Below, piece by piece: positions 25,421 to 37,559 of a stretch of DNA of 64,000 bases. Made by a program: the position numbers and the translations under genes. The DNA is from Octopus sinensis (lineage: Eukaryota): the NCBI RefSeq assembly GCF_006345805.1, contig NC_042998.1, positions 21,576,001-21,640,000 on the forward strand, in the 5' to 3' direction. Under the pieces are notes generated by a model that saw nothing but the letters and a program-made list of their open reading frames with translations, was not told where the DNA came from and made no database searches. How positions within the stretch are numbered: the first letter of the stretch is position 1; each line of letters opens with the position of its first letter.

Positions 25421-25952
25421 ATACAACAATGAGGTTATGACCTGGTACTTATCGACCCCAAAAAGTTTAAAGGTAGCGTTAACTTCGGCCAATTTTGAAC
25501 TCAGAACTTTAAGGCCGACGAAATAACGCTAAACATAATCCCTTTGTCTGTCCTTGTTTCTCCACTCTATGTTTAGCTCCTTAATGGGCAATAATGAAAC
25601 AGATGAATAATATCAGTTCACAACCACACTACAAAAATATTAGTAGAATTTTTAGTCACACCAGCATCTCCTCATCCACTCCTTTATTTAGAACAAACTA
25701 TATTGTTCACCTATATGCTGTTGCTAAGGCGGTGAGCTGGCTGAATCGATAACAGGCCGGGGAAATTGTTTAGCGTTATTTCGTCGGCCTTAAAGTTCTG
25801 AGTTCAAAATTGACCGAGGTTAACGCTACCTTTAAACTTTTTAGGGTCGATAAGTACCAGTTGTTGGCCTTGTGCCAACATTTGAAACCAATGTGTTTGT
25901 TGTTGAGTTCTATTTACAAGTTCTAAATAAAAACTTTCATTTTCTCTTCTAG

Positions 25953-26105
25953 GCGAAGGTATTGTACCATAGTGGTGACTCAGCTGGTGGACTGAAAGCA
26001 AACGTTTATGCAGGATATTTCATCGCTTTATCAACGCTCGGTGGTTTCCTCTTTGTTATCGGTATACTCCTTGTACGCTTTATTATGGCTGAAGCATGGG
26101 GTTGA
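25953..26105 (+). CDS. Gene A exon 4, CD225 loop + TM helix + stop
   Basis: tttctcttctAG acceptor; AKVLYHSGDSAGGLKANVYAGYFIALSTLGGFLFVIGILLVRFIMAEAWG*. Confidence 0.88.
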   Translation, partial: AKVLYHSGDSAGGLKANVYAGYFIALSTLGGFLFVIGILLVRFIMAEAWG

Positions 26106-26160
26106 CATATACAAATTTCATATCAAATGAAGAGTGTTTACTTTTTTTTATTCATGCTTA

Positions 26161-26415
26161 GGATCTTTTCACTTTGACCGGCATAGTTTTAAAATTATTT
26201 CCTTGTAACTAAACACTTTTAAACTTCGTATACTGGTAGAATGTGTTACATAAAACATATTTTTCTCTTGGCTTTCTTGAGAAAATTCTGTAGTTTGTAA
26301 GCTATTTCTTGTTAAATTTCTTGCATTTCGGCAATTTCAACCAATCAATGACGTCTATTGAGGTGAATACACTTTCTGCTTGGGTTTATTTACTGCCAGT
26401 CAAAGTGAAAGATCC
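26161..26415. mobile_element. MITE (GG-starting TIRs, 8-bp TSD) in the gene A 3'UTR region
   Basis: TIR ggatcttttcactttgaccggca / tgccagtcaaagtgaaagatcc; TSD catgctta/catgttta; absent in gene B. Confidence 0.8.
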
Positions 26416-26949
26416 CATGTTTAATTTAAATCATATAAATTATTCTTGGAAAAAAAATCTTGAAATATATTGAGAAATCAGCACGACAGGTGATATATTT
26501 CATAATAGATGATATATTTCAAATATTAGACAATGATATATTCTGATCGATGAACTCTACAGCCCCAACTTGAATGCAAGAACCAATAAAGGAGTAAAAT
26601 TATGACAGATATTCCTGAACCACATGTACCATTCCCTCCATCCAATTTAATCATCCGCGAAAGCATTGGGTGATGTTGTTGCATTTGGCTTTTACATGAC
26701 TGTTCTTCATCATTATTTCTGTAACTAGCAACATGAATGTTAAAAGAGCAAAATTGTTAAACACTTTCCTATTTTTTCGAAATGTTGCCCTAAAGACAGT
26801 TATTTATTTCAGTGTTAAATATTTATTGCACTCGGTTTAGCATAAATTAAACACCACATACACAAAAATAGACTGTTATACTTTGATAAATGTTGCTTTA
26901 CATGTCAACACAAGATTCTAGATAATGGTAGATAGTAATAAAAATAAAT

Positions 26950-27197
26950 GCGCCCTTTTAGAGCCTAGCCAGGCTCATGGGCCCGATTTCCTGGTTTCAA
27001 TGGCCTATTTGTTCCTCGGCTGAACGGGACGCCAGTCCATCGCAGCGTTACACATGTTTGCCAGCTGAGTGGACTGGAGCAACGTGAAATGAAGTGTTTT
27101 GCTCAAGAACACAACGCGTCGCCCGGTCGAGGAATCGAAACCACAATCTTACGATCATAATGCTGACACCCTAACCACTAATCCACGTGACTTCACA
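26950..27197 (-). mobile_element. tRNA-derived SINE variant (E-type tail, different body)
   Basis: Tail matches 44805..44900; head gtgaagtcacgtggattagtggttaggg. Confidence 0.7.
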
Positions 27198-27254
27198 ATG
27201 CTAGGTAGAAGTGGCAAAAATTGAAAACTACATTCAAATTTTGACTGCATATAC

Positions 27255-27659
27255 TCTTTACTCTTTTACTCTTTTACTTGTTTCAGTCAATTGACTGCGG
27301 CCATGCTGGAGCACCGCCTTTAATCGAGCAACTCGACTCCGGGACTTATTCTTTTGTAAGCCCAGTACTTATTCTATCGGTCTCTTTTGCCGAACCGCTA
27401 AGTAACGGGGACATAAACACACCAGCATCGGTTGTCAAGCAATGCTAGGGCGACAAACACAAACACACACGCATATATATATATATACATATATACGACG
27501 GGCTTCTTTCAGTTTCCGTCTACCAAATCCACTCACAAGGCTTTGGTCGGCCCTAGGCTATAGTAGAAGACACTTGCCCAAGGTGTCACGCAGTGGGACT
27601 GAACCCGGAACCATGTGGTTGGTAAACAAGTTACTTACCACACAGCCACTCCTGCGCCT
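27255..27659 (-). mobile_element. SINE family C copy in gene A 3' region
   Basis: Matches the family C consensus; absent from the homologous segment 53910..54265. Confidence 0.85.
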
Positions 27660-28206
27660 ATGTGAAGGAATATTTCTTTTAACTTTCATTGATAAATATT
27701 TTGGCAGATATTGGTTTAAATATTTATTCTTATCATGAAAGACAATGGCTAGTGGAGTTCACAACAAACATACGAATGGCATTTTGCAAACAAGAAACTA
27801 AATCACCAACGCAGTAAGGTTGTAGCTTTTGAGACAGGAGCAAAAGATTGAGTATCTGCCCATATAAAACGGAAAAAAAAGACAACGTTGTCAGATGGCG
27901 GCTACTGCACGCGAACCCCTCAGATGTCATCTATGAACTGTACCTCTACCGTAAACGGCCCCCTGGTGACAGGCAGCGACAAATTTAAAACTAACTTCAA
28001 TGGTTTTATTTCCTATATGCGCATTGAATTTGTCTGTCTTTATGTTCTGGGTTTAATTTCCGCTGAGGTCGACTTTGCCTTTCATTCTTTCGGGGTCGAT
28101 AAATTAAGTACCGTTTGCGTATTAAGGTCAATCTCATCGACTATCCCCATCCCGAAAAAATTTCGGGCCTTGTGCCTAGAGTAGAAAAGAATATGCGTAT
28201 TGAATT

Positions 28207-28600
28207 TTAGCAGGAATGGCTATGTGGTCAGAAGCTTACTTCCAAACCACATTGTTCCGGGTTCACTCCCACTGCGTGGCACTTTGGGCGAGAGTCTTCT
28301 GCTATTGCCTCGGGCCGACCAAAGCTTTGTGAGTGGATTTGGTAGACGGAAATTGAAAGAAGCCCGTAGTAAATATGTGTGCGTGTGTGTGTATGTGTGT
28401 GTGTACTTGGGTGTCTGTGTTTGTCCGCCCACCATCGCTACACAACCGATGCTGGTGTGTTTACAATCCCGTTACTTAGCGGTTCGGCAAAAGAGACCCA
28501 TAGCATCAGTATTAGGATGGGGTCAATTTGTTCGACTAAAGATTGTGCTCCAGCATGGCTGCAGTCAAATGATTGAAACAAATAAAATAGTAAAAGAAAA
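28207..28600 (+). mobile_element. SINE family C copy
   Basis: Matches the family C consensus. Confidence 0.8.
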
Positions 28601-28834
28601 AGTAAAAGAATATGTAATTATCTTTAGAAAAATATCTGAAAGTAATTTCCGTTAATAAAATTCCCTAAATTCCATATTGCATAAAATTCCGTATTTTTCG
28701 CTCATAAAATTCCAAATTAACCGTTAATAAAATTCCATATAACAAATTAATAGTTGTTTTATGTTTGTAAATAATTCAATAAATCAACTTCTATATTCCA
28801 CGACGAACGGCAACAGCAGCAACACCACTTTCAT

Positions 28835-29608
28835 AAGCATTTCTACTATAGGCACAAGGCTTGAAATTTGGCGGGGTGGGGACTAGTCGATTACATCGAC
28901 CCCAATGTTTCACTGGTATTTAATTTGTCGACTCCAAAATGATGAAAGGCAAAGTCGACCTCGGCAGAATTTGAACTCACAACGTAGCAGCAGATGAAAT
29001 ACCTATTTCTTTACTACCCTCAAGGGGCCAAAACACAGAGGGGGCAAACAAGGACAGAGAAACGGATCAAATCGATTACAGCGACCCCAGTACGTAACTG
29101 GTACTTAATTTATCGACCCCCGAAAGGATGAAATGCAAAGTCGACCTCGGCGGAATTTGAACTCAGGACGTAGCAGCAGACGAAATACCTATTTCTATTT
29201 ATTTACTAGCCACAAGGGGCTAAACACAAAGGACAAACAAGGACAGAAAAATGGATTAAATCGATTACATCGACCCCAGTACGTAACTGGTACTTAATTT
29301 ATCGACCCCGAAAGAATGAAATGCAAAGTCGACCTCGGCGGAATTTGAACTCTGAACGTAGCGGCAGACGAAATACCTATTTCTTTACTACACACAAGGG
29401 GCTAAACACAGAGAGAACAAACAAGTACAGACTAACGGATTAAGTCGATTATATCGACCCCAGTGCGTAACTGGTACTTAATTTATCGACCCCGAAAGGA
29501 TGAAAGGTAAAGTCGACCGCGGCTGAATTTGAACTCCGTCCGTAGCGACAGACGAAATACTGCTAAGCACTTCGCCCGGCGTGCTAACGTTTCTGCCAGC
29601 TCGCCGCC
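28835..29608 (-). mobile_element. SINE family A tetramer (3 tail-1 units + terminal tail-2 unit)
   Basis: Junctions at 29002, 29188 and 29376. Confidence 0.85.
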
Positions 29609-30253
29609 TTGGAGCAACTATAATAACAACAATACTACCGCTGCTGCTGCTGCCGCCCCTTCTACTGATGCTACTACTACTAATTCGTCAGAAGTGTTTA
29701 CTTCGTAAAGAAAAAAACCTGGGAGAGCGGTTGGGAGTGGGAGATATTAACTATTTGTATGGACAATGAAATGAGTAATACACGCTCATTTGACCCAATT
29801 GTTTGTCACCGAATTGTCAATGGATATTTTATATAATGATATGGCATTTAACACCGTGTAAATATATATATATATATATGCTTAAGGTAAAAATGAATTC
29901 CTCGCTCTTTCGGAAACATCAATCTTCTGTATTGACCGCTTTCCACCACTTTGATCTGTTTTTTGTATTGAATACGTATCGCCACCGTGGGCCACTGCAT
30001 CGAACACTTTGAACATATACTTCAAACTATATATCAACTATACATGAACTATATATCAACTATACATGAACTCTAAGATGTCTGACTCCGTTGTGTATTA
30101 TAAATGAATTTCTTGTGTTTGACGGCATGAGCTGTCTCTTTTTATATATAACATTTTTTGATAAGGTTCATTTCAGGAACTGAAACATGTTATAATGTAT
30201 ATATAAAAATTAAAAATTGTATAATACAGCAGCATTTTCGAACTTCATTTTTT

Positions 30254-30291
<38 letters not shown>

Positions 30292-31026
30292 TTGCGTCAG
30301 AAATTAATTAGCACTTCTCAAATTTTTACATTAAATAGGTTAAATCAATTAACCTATGAGCTGTTCAAAACGTCTTACGCGATGATAAAACTTAGTATGG
30401 TGTGATTTCGGTCCTTGCGAGGCGCTACCTATATCTATTAAACAAAGGAAGTTTGTCTGCATCCGCACCCCAAGTTGTTGTTGCACTGCTATGTCAACAT
30501 CATAAGGCTGTAGACTCTCAAACTGCTCTGCAAACAAAGTTACGTCATCGTTCTGCGCAAAATATATTTACAGATTGTATCCTAAATATTAAGCCTTTTC
30601 GTTACAATTAACTTCATTGTGGCAGTATGTGTAACTTGATGTTCCTGAGGGAAGTTTTGTCCCCTCAGAATAATTAGGTAATGGCAAACAGTCTACTGCC
30701 AAGCTCGAGCCTTGTAAACAAACATGCACTCGTAACTTACTTCACCTCAAAAACATTAGACTTGCTTAGCCCAACTAGCTTCAGTGAAACTTCTGGAAAA
30801 TCTCGGATTTTCAACACTAATGTAATGCAAATGAGGTTTATTTTTATCTTTTTCTTATTTATTTATTACTACTTTTTAGGTTTCCTAAACTCCTCACAAT
30901 TACAGATCAGTTAGACCAGTGTTTCTCAAACGAGAGCCATTCGTACCCTCACGAAATACGGTCTCACACATGATAAGTGACGAAAAATGGTGTATTACAG
31001 ATATATCTGTAAAGTATACAACATTA

Positions 31027-31410
31027 GTGGAGGCGCAATGGTCCAGTGGTTAGGGCAGCGGACTCGCGGTCGTAGGATCGCGGTTTCGATTCCCAGACCG
31101 GGCGTTGTGAGTGTTTATTGAGCGAAAACACCTAAAGCTCCACGAGGCTCCGGCAGGGGATGGTGGTGATCCCTGCTGTACTCTTTCACCACAACTCTCT
31201 CTCACTCTTACTTCCTGTTTCTGTTGTACCTGTATTTCAAAAGGCCGGCCTTGTCACTCTCTGTGTCACGCTGAATATCCCCGAGAACTACGTTAAGGGT
31301 GCACGTGTCTGTGGAGTGCTCAGCCACTTACACGTTAATTTCACGAGCAGGCTGTTCCGTTGATTCGGATCAACCGGAACCCTCGTCGTCGTAACCGACG
31401 GAGTGCTTCC
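31027..31410 (+). mobile_element. SINE family B with TSD
   Basis: tatacaacat on both sides. Confidence 0.85.
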
Positions 31411-31609
31411 ATATACAACATCAATTGCTTGACGTTCGACCACTTTTTTATAATATTATTTAACTATTTTTGTGATAATTTCGACAGTATAAATGTTGTA
31501 CATGATATTAGTTTTCTATACTTAGTTTTCCTCATTTCTTATTCTGTTGAAACTGGACCTGTTAAGTTAACTACTAATGTAAAATTCCAGTCGTCTTGGT
31601 GATCTTTTC

Positions 31610-32160
31610 TGCTCTAGGCACAAGGTGAGGGTACCAGTCGATTAGATCAACCCCAGTACGCAACCGTTTCATATTTTATCGACCCCGAAAGGATGAAAGG
31701 AAAATTCGACCTCGGCGGAATTTGAACCCAGAACGTAAAGACAGATGAAATACTCATTTCTTTACTACCCGCAAGGGGCCAAACACAGAGAGGACAAACA
31801 AGGACAGACAAACGAACTAAGTCGATTATATCGACCCCAGTGCATAACTGGTACTTATTTAATCGACCCTGAAAGGATGAAAGGCAAAGTCGACCTCGGC
31901 GGAATTTGAACCTAGAACGTAAAGACAGACGAAATACTTATTTCTTTATTATCCGCAAGGGTCCAAACACAGAGAGGACAAACAAGGACAGACAAACGAA
32001 CTAAGTCCATTATATCGACCCCACTGCGTAACTGGTACTTATTTAATCGACCCCGAAAGGATGAAAGGCAAAGTCGACCTCGGCGGATTTTGAACTCAGA
32101 ACGTAGCGGCAGACGAAATACTGCTAAGCATTTCACCCGGCGTGCTAGGGTTTCTGCCAG
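31610..32160 (-). mobile_element. SINE family A trimer (2 tail-1 units + terminal tail-2 unit)
   Basis: Junctions at 31753 and 31937. Confidence 0.85.
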
Positions 32161-32407
32161 CGTACGACGTCTTGCAATCGTCTTAATAATGTCAAAGTGA
32201 ATTTTTTTTTTTTACTTGCACAGATTAGGCGCTCTTAAAAACCTGACATATTTAGGTCAGCTACACAGCCCACGCCGAATAATAGTAACAATACTTTCAT
32301 TTTGTTACTCAATAGTAGGTTAAGGCTGTTGTATTTTTTTCTATTTGACGAGGTGTAGTCAAAAACTTTCCGACTTGTATTTTTTTTTTTTTTGTACAAA
32401 ATAAAGA

Positions 32408-33585
32408 TCTTTGTGGTTTTCGTCACTGTTTACAATTATCTTTAAACAAATTTTTTTAATGTATCCTATAGATGTAATTCTTGACGCTGAATCCGAATTT
32501 GTTATTCATTTATTCCAGAAAAATTTTGCAAAAGTGTTACAGGTGTTAAAGTTTGATAATTTTCATAATTTTCAGCCAATCAGAAAACCGCGTTCACTGC
32601 CTCACCAGGAGCGGGGAGGGACATCGGCATGTTATAATATTAAAGTAGTTACAGTAAACTGAAAAGCATGAAAACATTCGCGAGGAAATTAAATATTTAA
32701 AAGTTACGAACGAACCAACAGGTGTTGCTAGAAATAACAGTCAAACTATTATAATATACATGAGCAAAGTAAATAGTGAATATAGTGAAAACATTCGCGA
32801 GCAAATTTGATATTTAAAAGTTACGAACGAACCAAGAGGTGTTGCTAGAAATAACAGTCAAACCATTATAATATACACGAGCAAAGTAAATAGTGAATAT
32901 AGTGAAAAACATTCGCGAGCAAATTTGATATTTAAAAGCTACGAACGAACCAACAGGTGTTGCTAGAAATAACAGTCAAACCACTATAATACACATGAGC
33001 AAAGTAAATAGTGAATATAGTGAAAAACATTCGCGAGCAAATTTGATATTTAAAAGCTACGAGCAAACCAACAGGAGTTGCTAGAAATAACAAACATTTA
33101 TTAGTTAAAACAAATATTTATTAGTTTAAAATATTTGAGAACAAAAGCTTGCAAAACAATCTAGGATTTTATAAAATAAATCATCTTTCTCAAATCTCCT
33201 TCTCCACATAAATTCACAAAGATAAGAGTTAACCATGGAAAGGTGTGTCCCACACCGGCGTTTGTTTCCACGCTTTAAAGATGCCTGGATACTCTCAATT
33301 TGATGATTACACTGAATTTGGTGGTTACACTCGTTGTACGTATGCGCAGCATTTTTGGTTACTATGGAAACAGAGTTCTTCGCTACGGTGATGTGTAGAA
33401 TACTCGCTTCTGATTGGTTAAAATACCCAAATTTTGCAAATCTTAAGGGCTAATAACTTTCTAATTATGGATTTATAGGGAAAATGAATTTTTCCTTTTT
33501 ATAATTGGTATACAAAACTTAATCCATATACCAAATTTGAAAACAATTGGAAGAAAATTGTAAACAATGACGAAAACCACAAAGA
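32408..33585. mobile_element. Non-autonomous TIR DNA element with internal 118-bp tandem repeat
   Basis: 30-bp TIRs tctttgtggttttcgtcactgtttacaatt (29/30 match); no coding remnant recognised. Confidence 0.75.
32671..33092 (+). repeat. 118-bp tandem repeat, ~3.6 copies
   Basis: Unit starts at 32671, 32788, 32906 and 33024. Confidence 0.9.
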
Positions 33586-34256
33586 ACACAAGATAATGAT
33601 GCGTGAGCAAAATCTGCATGGCTATAAGGTGAATTCAAGATGACCGAGCGTATTGAGAAAATATAGTATATCATATATTGTCTCAAATACTATAAAAAAC
33701 TTGGTGATACGCAAGCCCAGAATATCGAGAAGTTTCAGCGGGCCCTTGGAGATGATGTTGTGGCCAGTAAAGAAATAGGTATTTCGTCTGTCTTTACGTT
33801 CTGAGTTCAAATTCCGCCGAGGTCGACTTTTCCCTTTCATCCTTTCGGGGTCGATAAATTAATTACCAGTTGCGTACTGGAGTCGATCTAATCGACTTCC
33901 CCCTCCCCCATAATTTCGGGCCTTGTGCCTAGGGTAGAAAATATTATATAGATGATAAAAAGTGCACGGGGTTTTGTGATTGGAGGATGCCTATTAGATA
34001 ACTTGGATAAGCTGAGGTTTTTCAGAATGACAAATCAGCCAGGTAACTAAATCATTACGAGTATAATCTATAAGAGAAGTCTTGCATAAAAATATGCAAG
34101 ACGTTTCTCTAGTCTAAAATAGGATTTTGGTTTTACTATTTACATTACAAACGATGGATCTTTGTACCGTTGTTAGAAACCAGCTCCGTCCTCAGAGGAA
34201 AAATTAAAGTAATAAAACACAGCTAACATACACGCATGAGGCATACATACGAACAT

Positions 34257-34283
34257 TAATACACACACACACACACACACACG

Positions 34284-34321
<38 letters not shown>

Positions 34322-34436
34322 CACATACATACATACATACATACATACATGCATACATGCATACATGCATACATACATACATACATGCATACATGCATAC
34401 ATGCATACATGCATACATACATACATACACACACAC

Positions 34437-34470
<34 letters not shown>

Positions 34471-34958
34471 GTACATACATACATACATACATACATACAC
34501 ACACACACGTACATACATACACACACACGTACATACATACATACATACATACATACATACATACATACATACATACATACATACATACATACATACATAC
34601 ATACATACATACATACATACATACATACATACATACATACATACATACATACATACATAATACATACATACATACATACATACATACATACATACATACA
34701 TACATACATACATACATACATACATAACATACATACATACATACATACATACATACATACATACATACATACATCATACATACATACATACATACATACA
34801 TACATACATACATACATACATACAACATACATACATACATACATACATACATACATACATACATACATACATACATACATACATACATACATACATACAT
34901 ACATACATACATACATACATACATACATACATACATACATACATACATACATACATAC
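34257..34958. repeat. (CA)n/(TACA)n microsatellite, ~700 bp
   Basis: Direct inspection. Confidence 0.95.
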
Positions 34959-35177
34959 ATTTACACTTGTTCGAATAATTATCGCTGCACTTGGTTCTGT
35001 AAATAAATACCTAACTGTCAGTTTGGATACGCTTGAATTTTCAGAAAAAGAAATCAGCCGACTGATTCGTACATTATAAATACAATCACTAAGCGGAACA
35101 GCAACACCATGTAAGACTCCTTTATCGGGTTTAAAATGCATCTTTGCTATCAGTGTTTGATCCTATGTAATTCCTTA

Positions 35178-35590
35178 TTTCTTTACTGCCCACAAGGGGC
35201 TACACACAGAGAGGACAAACAAGGACAGACAAACGGATTAAGTCAACTACATCGACTCCACTGCGTAACTGGTACTTATTTAATCGACCCCGAAAGGATA
35301 AAAGGCCAAGTCGACCTCGGCGGAATTTGAACTCAGAACGTAGAAGCAGACGAAATACCTATTTCTTTACTACCCACAAGAGGCTAAACACAGAGAGGAC
35401 AAACAAGGGCAGACAAACGGATTAAGTTGATTATATCGACCCCAGTGCGTAACTGGTACTTATTTAATCGACCCCGAAAGGATGAAAGGCAAAGTCGACC
35501 TCGGCGGAATTTGAACTCCGAACGTAACGGCAGACGAAATAGCGCTAAGCATTCCCCCCGGCGTGCTAACGATTCTGCCAGCTCGCCGCC
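35178..35590 (-). mobile_element. SINE family A dimer with TSD
   Basis: Junction at 35358; atcctatgtaattcct in both flanks. Confidence 0.85.
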
Positions 35591-36374
35591 TTATGTAATC
35601 CTATGTAATTCCTATGTAATTCCTGTTTAACACCATATGCAGCCTATGTAAATATTTCACTGTTGAAGTGGTCCCAATGAACAGGTTATCCCTTTTCAGG
35701 TGTCCACTATTTCAAATTTCATAATATGATATGACCTTTATATGTTTCAGCACTGTACGATGTGGTTTCATGCAAATTTGCCCGGAATTTGTTCACAGGT
35801 TGAGTAATGACGCAGCGTAAATTTTCAAACTAAATATAAAACTAGACATAAAATGCATCGAAATCACTGGTCGATTTAGGTCATCTCAAATATTACAGAT
35901 TGTATCCTAAATATTAGGCCTTTTCGTTACAATTAACTTCATTTGTCCTTCCTAACAAACAATCTACTGCCAAGATCGTTCCTTGTAAATAAACATGCAC
36001 TCGTAACTTACTTCACCTCAAAAACATTAGACTTGCTTAGCCCAACTAGCTTCAGTGAAACTTCTGGAAAATCTCGGATTTTCAACACTAATGTAATGCA
36101 AAGAAGGTTTGTCCTGTCCGTGTTTTACCTGATAACCCCATCGCAAAACAGAGACCATAGTTCAATAATTTCCTATAGGCCTAAACTGAATGTAATTTCC
36201 AAAAGTAGTTACTTACATTCAAGCACCTTATTTACACCTTAAAAATACATAGCAAAGCGATAAGGATTTTAAGCATTGTAAATACAGCTTTGTTTACGTG
36301 TAAGCTGTTCATGAACAGCTGCAATTGTATTTCATAAAGTAAACTGCTACACTCCATTAAACCACCTGCCCACC

Positions 36375-36413
36375 TTAGTGACGTAACCTATCACGTTGCT
36401 CGTATAGTTACTA
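36375..36413 (+). promoter_or_regulatory. Conserved promoter block of gene B with TGACGTAA (36379..36386)
   Basis: Paralogous to 108..146. Confidence 0.5.
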
Positions 36414-36550
36414 TTAATTCTGCCCTCAATTACCACAAAGTACAATAATAATACCACTGCAAGTTAGGCGAGAAGGATCGCGAACATTTTCAGATTTTAC
36501 TATTTAAGTCTTCTATCGCTAGCTGCGCGAAGCAGCGGAGGTTCACACGT

Positions 36551-36560
36551 ATGGAAGCTA
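36551..36560 (+). CDS. Gene B exon 1 (MEA + phase 1)
   Basis: cacgtATGGAAGCTA|GTAAGT; context aligns with 281..290. Confidence 0.8.
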
Positions 36561-37036
36561 GTAAGTATATATTAATGAATTTTCGTCCTCACTATGTATC
36601 CACTTCGATAACTCTTTTTATAAACAGACGCCCACGATTCGCTCGATAAGGTGTTTACAAAATTCCAGTTTTCCTTGCTGTCAGTTCACGGACGTTAATT
36701 AAAGACTAGTATAAATACGCTTGTAAATATACGCTGGACTAAAGGGACTTATCTCCAAGAAATATTCATGTGTTCTGATAGAAATTATTTTTAAAGCCTT
36801 ATGTGCGGGCATTTATGTATATATGTATTCAAATGCTACTCCAACTATGAATGAGCGTGCGTGCGCGAGTGTGTGCTGATAAACAGAAAATAAAATTTCA
36901 GACGAAAAAAATCAAAACTTTGTAGCTGTTACTTTAAATTTAAGCTACTTTATATACATAGCGCACACGTGAACACAAAGACACACACACACACAAATAT
37001 ATATATATATATACATACATACATATATATATATAT

Positions 37037-37107
<71 letters not shown>

Positions 37108-37265
37108 CGGGAAGCTTTATGAAAATAGACAAAAGACGAAGGCAGGTGGAAAACAAACGAACAAACAAATGTATATATATATATATACATACATATATAA
37201 TATATATATATATATATACATACATATATATATATATATATATACATACATATATATATATATAT

Positions 37266-37311
<46 letters not shown>

Positions 37312-37476
37312 TATTTTCTATTTTATCTCCCTATTAATTCCTGTGTTCCTTTCTGTCGAAGAGCGCAGGCTCGAAACGTAAAAGACTTTCTCACTTCCAG
37401 AGCGTTAAACTAATACATGTATTTCTTGTTTATACATCCGTCTTCGTCTTTTGTTTTTTTGTAAATTCACACTAAC

Positions 37477-37555
<79 letters not shown>

Positions 37556-37559
37556 ATAT

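Noticed and set aside
34173-35141. Several 190-320 aa ORFs (MYVC/HTYI repeats)
   Set aside because: Read-through of (TACA)n microsatellite.
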